Shown here one piece after another: positions 1-7,099 of a stretch of DNA of 33,605 nt (within the stretch, counting starts at the first letter, position 1; the number at the start of each line of letters is the position of its first letter). The translations under genes and the position numbers were made by a program. This stretch comes from Candidatus Poribacteria bacterium. Lineage in GTDB: Bacteria; Poribacteria; WGA-4E; UBA9662. The notes below the pieces were generated by a model, which was not told the origin of the DNA, ran no database searches, and saw only the letters and a program-made list of their open reading frames with translations. The stretch covers positions 1 to 33,605 of the forward strand of contig JAYGDX010000075.1 in NCBI GenBank assembly GCA_046582655.1. The letters run 5' to 3'.

Positions 1-321
1 CAAGATGGCCAACAGATTGTTGTGGGTGGAATGATCAAGTCCAAGCAAACGGAAGTTGAGAACAAAGTTCCGTTTTTGGGAGACATTCCCCTTATAGGCG
101 GCCTTTTCAGAAGTACCGAGACGATTGTTGAAAACTCCGAAATTGTTATTCTCATCACCCCGCACATTGTTGATATGCAGAATGCTGATGATATTGAAAA
201 GCTAAAACAGAAAGCTGATGAATGGCGGCACAATGGATCAAAAGAAGTGCAGTCGGAGTCAAACCAGGATGAAGATCCTGCCGACGATGAAGATACTGGT
301 GATACTGATGAGGAGAAATGA
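1..321 (+). CDS. Secretin (GspD/PilQ family), C-terminal fragment, 5' truncated by the window
   Basis: Frame is open from base 1: QDGQQIVVGGMI..ENKVPFLGDIPLIGGLFRS..EIVILITPHIV is the secretin C-terminal signature; followed by an acidic tail. Confidence 0.9.
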   Translation, partial: QDGQQIVVGGMIKSKQTEVENKVPFLGDIPLIGGLFRSTETIVENSEIVILITPHIVDMQNADDIEKLKQKADEWRHNGSKEVQSESNQDEDPADDEDTGDTDEEK

Positions 322-1670
322 TTGGGCTTCTGAAGGCGGTTGCTTGTCTGGCCCTTGGCCAAATATCCGTTGATGAAAATAGAATTCAGGTTTATAAGGA
401 AAATCCACGATATTGGCAATACAAGTCCGAACCGATTCTTCTGCTGGGCGGGTCGGTGGAAGACAACCTGTTCCAAATTCCTGATATAAAAGAACATTTA
501 GATCTACTTCAATCTGTGGGCGGGAATTATGTCCGTTGCACCATGAGCTGCCGAGATGAAGGGAATGTCTGGCAATTCAAGAAGGTAGGGGGGCTCTATA
601 ATCTTGACCAGTGGGATGAAGAATTCTGGCAGCGTTTCGGTAACTTCCTGAAATTAACGGCTGAACAGGATATCATCGTCCAGATTGAAGTGTGGGCCAC
701 CTTCGATTATTATCGCCAGAATTGGGATATTAATCCGTTTAATCCGAAGAATAACGTTAATTATACTTTTGAAAAATCCAACCTGCCTGAAGTTGTAGAC
801 AGCCACCCAACACAAACTGCAAACAATTTTTTCTGGTCGATTCCTGCCGAAAACAATCAACAGGTTGTTCTTGGCTATCAAAAAAAGTTTGTAGATCAGA
901 TTTTGTCCTATTCACTCAAATTCAATCACATTCTCTATTGCATGGATAATGAAACTAGTGTTACACCTGAATGGGGGAAGTTTTGGGCTGAATACATTCA
1001 GGCTAAAGCGAATGATGCAGACGTCGACGTTGAAACTACGGAGATGTGGGATTCACATAATCTTTTCCATACCCAACACAAAAACACGCTCGATCATCCA
1101 GAAATCTATTCCTTTTGTGATGCCTCCCAAAACAACCATCAGCGGGGGCAAAAGCACTGGGACAACGCACAGGAATTCCGAGCGCAATTGGATCCAATCC
1201 GTCCAATCAACAGTGTTAAGGTCTATGGTTCCAATCAATATCATTTTGGTACTGATCAGGATGGCCTTGAACGTTTTTGGAGGAACGTTTTCGGAGGTAT
1301 GGCGTCCGCTCGTTTTCATCGTCCGCCAAGCGGATTAGGATTAAGCTCTCTGGCATGCAAGCACCTGAAAAGCATGCGAATGCTTACCAACAGTATTCGC
1401 ATTTTCTCTTGTCAACCCAATAATCATCTGTTGTCCAATCGACAGGAAAATCAAGCCTATGCTACAGCCAATATTGGTAACGAAATGGCAGTCTATTTTC
1501 CAGACGGCGGGACTGCCGATATAGATTTGAGTCTTTTTGACGCTGATCTGACGCTTAAATGGCTTGACATTAATCGAGGTGAATGGTTAGATCAAATATC
1601 GGTACACGGTGGCAAGACGGTTACACTTACTGCACCTGGTCAAGGACACTGGGCCGTGTTGATCCATTAA
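318..1670 (+). CDS. Putative secreted glycoside hydrolase-like protein (clan GH-A-like TIM barrel plus C-terminal beta domain)
   Basis: 450 aa; hydrophobic N-terminus; GGNYVRCTMS, IIVQIEVW and YCMDNE (NE acid/base-like motif); C-terminus AVYFPDGG..WLDI..APGQGHWAVLI resembles the beta domain of DUF4038-type proteins; ATGA overlap with the secretin stop. Confidence 0.6.
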   Translation: MIGLLKAVACLALGQISVDENRIQVYKENPRYWQYKSEPILLLGGSVEDNLFQIPDIKEHLDLLQSVGGNYVRCTMSCRDEGNVWQFKKVGGLYNLDQWDEEFWQRFGNFLKLTAEQDIIVQIEVWATFDYYRQNWDINPFNPKNNVNYTFEKSNLPEVVDSHPTQTANNFFWSIPAENNQQVVLGYQKKFVDQILSYSLKFNHILYCMDNETSVTPEWGKFWAEYIQAKANDADVDVETTEMWDSHNLFHTQHKNTLDHPEIYSFCDASQNNHQRGQKHWDNAQEFRAQLDPIRPINSVKVYGSNQYHFGTDQDGLERFWRNVFGGMASARFHRPPSGLGLSSLACKHLKSMRMLTNSIRIFSCQPNNHLLSNRQENQAYATANIGNEMAVYFPDGGTADIDLSLFDADLTLKWLDINRGEWLDQISVHGGKTVTLTAPGQGHWAVLIH

Positions 1671-1680
1671 TCTCTATCTT

Positions 1681-2841
1681 ATGTTCAGGTATGCTCCCTA
1701 TCTTCCTGCCTTGCTGATGGATTTTTGTCTGGGAACTCTTATCACCAACACCTCGTTTTTCTCCAGTTATCTTAATCTCTCTTCCACATTTGTTGGTCTT
1801 CTGATGGCAACTTCAGCCGCTTTTTTTGTTGGGTTTGCCATTCCTTTCGGTCGACTTTCAGACCGAATTGGTCGTACAAGAATTCTGTTAACCGCTTGTT
1901 TGCTTATTTCGGTTATCAGTTTCGCTCTTTCATTCTGCCAAACGGGATTCCAACTCATCCTTGTTTTCCCATGTGTTGGATTGAGCCAAGCTCTATTCTG
2001 GCCAACTTATGAAGCTTGGTTGACTGAGCGTAAGGGTGGTGGAAGCTTGATTAAACGTCTAATGGCCTTTAATCTGTTTTGGTGTGTCGGTATGACAATA
2101 GGCCCCGTAATTGCAAGTTATCTTCAGGGAGAATCGAGTTCAGTTCTACCATTTTACTGTGCTGGTGCCGGTGGGTTGGCAAATTGGGGAATTATTTGGT
2201 TTTGCTCACGTGTCAAGTCAAGAAACAGCTTAACAGACGATAATATTCCCTATACCATACCTCCAAAATCCCAGCATGTTTTTCTGAACATCGCGCGAAT
2301 TTCAAATTTCGCCTCCTATTTCTCACTTGGTGTTCTACGGAATCTTGGACCAAAATTGACCAGAGAAATGGGAGTTGCTCCAAAGTTGTTTGGAAATCTG
2401 ATGTTGTTAATGGGATTGGTTCAAATGGTTACCTTTTCTTGGTTTGGGTCAACTAGATCAACTCAATTGCACTATCGAATATTCCCGTTGATCGCCATAC
2501 AGTTATCTGCCATCATCGGTTTTTTAGGTATGTGGACCTTTCAAAATGCGAGTTTCTGGATCCCTTCTTTTGGTGTGATTGGTTTATGTGCGGCGACCAC
2601 TTATTTCAGTAGCCTCTATTACAGTCTACACAATCAACAGGAGAGAGGTGACAAAAGTGGTTGGCACGAAGCAATTTTGGGGTGTGGCGTTTTGCTGGGC
2701 CCCTGTATTGGTGGTGGATTGGACGACTTGGTAGAAAACCATCAGAGTCCCTACCTGCTTTGCGCAGTTGTTATCGGTGCCTGCGTTTTAGCAGAGATTG
2801 TAGTCTGGGAAAGATCAAGGAGAATTAGCGGTGAGAGATGA
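1681..2841 (+). CDS. MFS transporter
   Basis: 386 aa with about 12 hydrophobic segments; MFS motif A GRLSDRIGRTR. Confidence 0.9.
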   Translation: MFRYAPYLPALLMDFCLGTLITNTSFFSSYLNLSSTFVGLLMATSAAFFVGFAIPFGRLSDRIGRTRILLTACLLISVISFALSFCQTGFQLILVFPCVGLSQALFWPTYEAWLTERKGGGSLIKRLMAFNLFWCVGMTIGPVIASYLQGESSSVLPFYCAGAGGLANWGIIWFCSRVKSRNSLTDDNIPYTIPPKSQHVFLNIARISNFASYFSLGVLRNLGPKLTREMGVAPKLFGNLMLLMGLVQMVTFSWFGSTRSTQLHYRIFPLIAIQLSAIIGFLGMWTFQNASFWIPSFGVIGLCAATTYFSSLYYSLHNQQERGDKSGWHEAILGCGVLLGPCIGGGLDDLVENHQSPYLLCAVVIGACVLAEIVVWERSRRISGER

Positions 2842-3436
2842 CAACAAATCCGGTTGTGCCACCAAGTAAAATCTGAAAACCGCTGTAGTAGAATTCTATC
2901 CAGAGCGGTTGGCACATAAAGAACAAACCAACAGCAATACTGAAAACCCAAAGACGCTCAAGCGTTGTTTTTCGGGGTGATACTATGGATACCATCAGCA
3001 CATTGATAAGAATGATTGGTAGTGCAAATGTCTTCAGTAACAAATTGGGTTGAAAAAGCAGAATCACACCACACAAAACAATCGCAGACGTAAAAAGTTC
3101 AAATGTTTTTTTACGAGTTGTTGTCATAGCAAAAGCTAATGCTCCGGATACCAAAAGATGAAATGCAAAGCTTTGCAGGAAGTTAAACTTTGCTAATAAC
3201 GGAGGGACAAGGAGACACACATAGCCCAATACCAGTGCGATAGCAGAAACGAACTCAACCGGTTTTCTCGGAAATGAAATAACTGATAAGATAGCTGAGA
3301 TAATCAGTAATGGAAGGCTAATTCCCTTCAACAGGTTGGAAAATGGTTGGAAGAGAAAGGTACTTCCCAAGATTAGGGAAAGAATGGCAATTGTCTTCTT
3401 GTGATCGAATGTCTCTACGGCTGAAAATTGCATCAC
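2825..3436 (-). CDS. Hypothetical integral membrane protein made of about four 50-aa two-helix repeats
   Basis: Repeated GxxxxxQP motif (GSTFLFQP, GYVCLLVP, GVILLFQP, GLFFMCQP) separated by basic loops (PRKPVE, RKKTFE, PRKTTLE). Confidence 0.75.
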   Translation of the reverse strand: MMQFSAVETFDHKKTIAILSLILGSTFLFQPFSNLLKGISLPLLIISAILSVISFPRKPVEFVSAIALVLGYVCLLVPPLLAKFNFLQSFAFHLLVSGALAFAMTTTRKKTFELFTSAIVLCGVILLFQPNLLLKTFALPIILINVLMVSIVSPRKTTLERLWVFSIAVGLFFMCQPLWIEFYYSGFQILLGGTTGFVVISHR

Positions 3437-3861
3437 GATTTCCTGCGACGGAAAAGGTTCCGCAGGTTTACATTTGATTCTACCTCATGGAGTTTGATCT
3501 GTAATTCTTCATTTTCCTTAATTAGGCCATTGATATGATCTTGAAGTTGCTCGTTATGTTTGGCTAACTGATCGCTCTTTTTCTTAAGATTTTCAATTTC
3601 TTCCTGCTGTGAAACTAGGTGTTGCACTTGAAGAGAGAGATTATCAATAATATCCGCTGTGGGAATATTGTAAGATATCTTGGTGATCAGTAACGGTAAT
3701 CCATCTATGGAAAAGCTCTGTAGATCTGTCTCATCTGGCAGAGCAAATTCGTCCAGATAAGGCATCAGGTCAGCATCCTGTCGGTTAATAACAGATTGAA
3801 CAATAACTTCAGCGACTCCGATGTAGGATGCAATCTCTGAAACCGAAATTTTTTTTGGCAT
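3433..3861 (-). CDS. Hypothetical protein: possible N-terminal HTH, coiled coil and basic amphipathic C-terminus
   Basis: ISVSEIASYIGVAEVIVQSVI is HTH-like; heptad-rich residues ~75-130; ends NLRNLFRRRKS; abuts both neighbours. Confidence 0.7.
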   Translation of the reverse strand: MPKKISVSEIASYIGVAEVIVQSVINRQDADLMPYLDEFALPDETDLQSFSIDGLPLLITKISYNIPTADIIDNLSLQVQHLVSQQEEIENLKKKSDQLAKHNEQLQDHINGLIKENEELQIKLHEVESNVNLRNLFRRRKS

Positions 3862-4554
3862 TTAGTTTTCTCTTCTACTATTTAGCTGTAGTGAACCAGT
3901 ATTTCTATAAATTTCAATTAATCGTCGTTTATGGCTGAGAAGCGATACTGTGGCCAGAGCTATTCCAATCCATAAAATGTAGTGCGAAATTTTGTATTTC
4001 ACAACAAAAATTTGTTGATAATTTAATATGTAAAGTATAAGAGCAATGGAGATAAAAACAGTAGCAACTCTTCCCCAAATGTTCGATGGTTCAATCACCT
4101 GCGTACGTTTGAAAAGAAATGCACTGCCCGTAAGAATAAGCAGATCTCGCATAATCATGATTAGAAATGCCCAAACTGGAAAATTGGCGTCAAATTCAGG
4201 CTTTCGAGACAAAATAAGGGCAAATGAGACAAGAGAAATAGTCAATTTGTCCGCAATCGGATCTAATACTTTGCCAAGCTCCGATTTTTGATCTAAACGT
4301 CGTGCGAAGTAACCATCCAGCATGTCCGAGATAAAGGCAACACCACCAACACAAATTAACACAACCATGTGTTCGCTGATAAGGCTCCAATATATGGCTG
4401 GTACCAACAATATCCGTAGTATGGAAAGAGCATTACTCAGGTAAAAAAAATGATAAACGGGAAATCGAAAGCGAAGTTCTGAGAAATATGAGTTGGGAGG
4501 AATTTGGTTGTTCACCCGCGTATCTCTACTATGGCTATTTGGGTTTAAGCCCAA
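3862..4554 (-). CDS. pgsA: CDP-alcohol phosphatidyltransferase (PgsA-like); start codon uncertain
   Basis: SNALSILR and DMLDGYFARRLDQKSELGKVLDPIADK match the family signature DxxDGxxAR..GxxxDxxxD. Confidence 0.85.
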   Translation of the reverse strand: MGLNPNSHSRDTRVNNQIPPNSYFSELRFRFPVYHFFYLSNALSILRILLVPAIYWSLISEHMVVLICVGGVAFISDMLDGYFARRLDQKSELGKVLDPIADKLTISLVSFALILSRKPEFDANFPVWAFLIMIMRDLLILTGSAFLFKRTQVIEPSNIWGRVATVFISIALILYILNYQQIFVVKYKISHYILWIGIALATVSLLSHKRRLIEIYRNTGSLQLNSRREN

Positions 4555-4556
4555 TG

Positions 4557-5267
4557 TTAGTTCAGCGAAGAATTCTTCCAGAATGCTTTTCTCTTCGGAT
4601 ACAGGATATCAAACTTGCTTTGGGCCAATCGAGTTGCTGATAATCGCTGATTTTCATACTTAAGCAATTGTATTTGATGGATTAAAAGTTGATCAATATC
4701 GAAAATTTCTAGCATCTCCTGTTTTTCTTGGAGAGTGATTTGTAACCTGGTGCCTATCTGACATGAAAGTTGATCCGGAGAAGTCGGAATTCTATCAGGT
4801 AACTTCCAATCCGGAAGGGTCTTTGTTAACAGGGTCTCGTAGTTCCCATAGAGTTGCCTTGCTGTTGACGCTATCTGTTCCAAATTGTCACTATCTTGCG
4901 AATTATCGAGACTTGGGGTGCGGATTTCTCCAACAAGATAAGGTCGGTCATATACCAAATTCAGGATTTCAAAACGATGCTGTCCTAACGTTATTAAGTT
5001 TATTCGTCCATCGTCCTGATAATCTGTTTCGATGATCTTTACTGCCGTACCAACCAAATACGGGACAGAAGTTTCACCTGCCTCTTTTCCTTTTTTTATG
5101 AGTACAACCCCAAAGTAGGATTCTTGTTCTATGCAAGATGAAACCATATATTTGTATCTGGATTCAAATATATGGAGCGGCAGAATATTCCCAGGAAAAA
5201 GCACAACATTCAACGGAATGAGTGGAAGTTGGTTTTCGGGTAGTTTCTCTTCCAAATCTGCTGCCAT
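4557..5267 (-). CDS. LON peptidase substrate-binding (N-terminal) domain protein, with no ATPase or protease domain
   Basis: LPLIPLNVVLFPGNILPLHIFESRY, FGVVLI, GQHRFEI, EKQEMLE; AGGAG RBS upstream. Confidence 0.9.
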   Translation of the reverse strand: MAADLEEKLPENQLPLIPLNVVLFPGNILPLHIFESRYKYMVSSCIEQESYFGVVLIKKGKEAGETSVPYLVGTAVKIIETDYQDDGRINLITLGQHRFEILNLVYDRPYLVGEIRTPSLDNSQDSDNLEQIASTARQLYGNYETLLTKTLPDWKLPDRIPTSPDQLSCQIGTRLQITLQEKQEMLEIFDIDQLLIHQIQLLKYENQRLSATRLAQSKFDILYPKRKAFWKNSSLN

Positions 5268-5305
5268 TTAAATCTCCTAGACTTAATTTTTTTGAACCTA
5301 ATCTG

Positions 5306-5337
5306 GTTGTTTCAATTCCAGATGGACTTGAAACAAC
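5306..5337. repeat. 32-bp near-perfect palindrome between larB and the LON-domain gene
   Basis: GTTGTTTCAA-T-TCCA-GA-TGGA-C-TTGAAACAAC. Confidence 0.8.
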
Positions 5338-5345
5338 TCTTTTTA

Positions 5346-6113
5346 TTATTCCACAGCTGACTCTGCTGATAATTGATTGATCAAAGCTGCTGCGTAACCA
5401 CCACCAAAGCCGTTATCAATATTGACAACGCTTACACCCGCCGCACAGCTGTTAAGCATAGCTAATAGAGCCGCCAAACCGCCAAAACTTGCCCCGTAAC
5501 CGACGCTGGTTGGAACGGCAATCACTGGTTTGTCTACCAATCCTCCGACGACACTTGCTAGAGCTCCTTCCATACCTGCTACGACAACCAAGACTTTAGC
5601 TGCCACAATCTGATCTCGACAACTCAGCAGCCTATGTAAACCCGCAACGCCTACATCATACAAATGTCCTACTCGGTTTCCCATTATTCGGGCTGTTTCA
5701 ATCGCTTCCTCTGCAACCGGTATGTCAGATGTTCCTGCAGAGATAACTAGAATTCCATCTCGAAGTTGGCTCTCTTCTAATTCATAAACGGTAATGGTAG
5801 ATGCCTTTTCGTTGAATTTGGCTTCAGGGAAAACTTCAACAATCGCATTATACATTTCCTTAGTGGCGCGAGTAGCGAGTAAAGGATGCCCTGCTTCGAC
5901 AATTCTGGTGCCAATTTCAACTACCTGACTTACTGTTTTTCCCTGACAAAAAATAACTTCCGGAAAACTCTGTCGGAGTGAACGATGATGATCAATTCTT
6001 GAAAATCCAAGATCTTCAAACGGCAGGTTCCGTAATGCTTCAATAGCATCCAAAACCCCGACTTTACTATCTCTGACGTTTTCTAGTAGAGACCTTAGTC
6101 TTTCAGGAGACAT
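5346..6113 (-). CDS. larB: Nickel-pincer cofactor biosynthesis protein LarB (PurE/AIR carboxylase-like)
   Basis: IDHHRSLRQSFPEVIFCQGKT, AGTSDIPVAEEA, DVGVAGLHRL, VAGMEGAL, PTSVGYGA, MLNSCA, VVNIDNGFG; ATG at 6113 preferred over 6155 because GAGG lies just upstream. Confidence 0.93.
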   Translation of the reverse strand: MSPERLRSLLENVRDSKVGVLDAIEALRNLPFEDLGFSRIDHHRSLRQSFPEVIFCQGKTVSQVVEIGTRIVEAGHPLLATRATKEMYNAIVEVFPEAKFNEKASTITVYELEESQLRDGILVISAGTSDIPVAEEAIETARIMGNRVGHLYDVGVAGLHRLLSCRDQIVAAKVLVVVAGMEGALASVVGGLVDKPVIAVPTSVGYGASFGGLAALLAMLNSCAAGVSVVNIDNGFGGGYAAALINQLSAESAVE

Positions 6114-6173
6114 AAAACCCTCTAAAAAGCAACCAAAGGCTGAGATGATGACCATGCGTTGAGGGGCTTTAGT

Positions 6174-6572
6174 TTAGACAGCCTCTTCAACGACCTCTGC
6201 ATCTTCACTGTCTTCATCGCCTTCTACAGATTGAGTCCTAATTTCCTCCCGTTGTTGAACGAAAGCTTGCTTACTGACATCAACGGCTGTTTTTAAATTC
6301 CCTGTGACTTCAGTCAAGCGTTCCTTGCCCTGATTAAGCAATTCCGCAGCTTTCTCTTTCGCTATTTCACTAATCTCCGTTGTCAGTTCTTTTGTTCTGG
6401 CTGCGGTTTCAACTGTACGGTCTTTAGCATCAGCGGAAGTCTCTCGAATTCGCGCACGTGTCTCCTTACCAGAAAGGGGTGCGAATAATAATCCCAAAAT
6501 TGAACCAATCAACCCGCCCACAAAAAAGGCTGCGATAGTACTCAGAGAACTTCCCTGTTTCTTTTCGTCCAT
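6174..6572 (-). CDS. YtxH domain-containing protein
   Basis: FFVGGLIGSILGLLFAPLSGKETRARI is the YtxH signature, followed by a helical tail. Confidence 0.9.
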   Translation of the reverse strand: MDEKKQGSSLSTIAAFFVGGLIGSILGLLFAPLSGKETRARIRETSADAKDRTVETAARTKELTTEISEIAKEKAAELLNQGKERLTEVTGNLKTAVDVSKQAFVQQREEIRTQSVEGDEDSEDAEVVEEAV

Positions 6573-6610
6573 TGTTATCCCCCGATTTTTTTATATTTCG
6601 TTAGTGAAGT

Positions 6611-7084
6611 CTAACTGTTTTTTGATGTAAATTTCTCGAATCCAGCTTTAAATGCGGCATAAAAACTGATTAAATCATTAAACGGAATGTATAGCCGATC
6701 ACGGTAAAAGGACACGCGATCAACTGCCTGTTTTGAAAACTCGCTGATTATACCAATTAATTCATCGATTTTCGTCACGCTGCGGTTGAGAGTCTCAGTC
6801 GTTTCCTGAACATTATGCAGGGTAGGTTGAATTTCCCTTTCACTAAGTTCATGAATTGAGAGTGCCAACTGGTTCACATGCTCGAGCAGATTGGGCAGTT
6901 TCTGGTTTACGTCTTCTATTGTTTGATTAACATCCTCCAGAAGTGGACTCAACTGTTTATCAAGTATAATTTCGATGGATTTCAGCGTTGATCCCAGTCG
7001 AAAAGCAAGTGAGAAAAAAAACCAAGCCAAAGCTAATAAAGCGACACCTAACGGAATCTGCCACAAAAGTGATAGAGTATACAT
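6611..7084 (-). CDS. DUF948 (YoxC/YtxG-like) membrane-anchored coiled-coil protein
   Basis: N-terminal TM helix and long heptad region, directly upstream of YtxH as in the ytxG-ytxH arrangement. Confidence 0.65.
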   Translation of the reverse strand: MYTLSLLWQIPLGVALLALAWFFFSLAFRLGSTLKSIEIILDKQLSPLLEDVNQTIEDVNQKLPNLLEHVNQLALSIHELSEREIQPTLHNVQETTETLNRSVTKIDELIGIISEFSKQAVDRVSFYRDRLYIPFNDLISFYAAFKAGFEKFTSKNS

Positions 7085-7099
7085 TTTCTTCCTTCCGCG

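Noticed and set aside
5309..5334. GTTTCAATTCC...TTGAAAC resembles a CRISPR repeat
   Set aside because: Single copy, no spacers, no cas genes; fully explained as one palindrome
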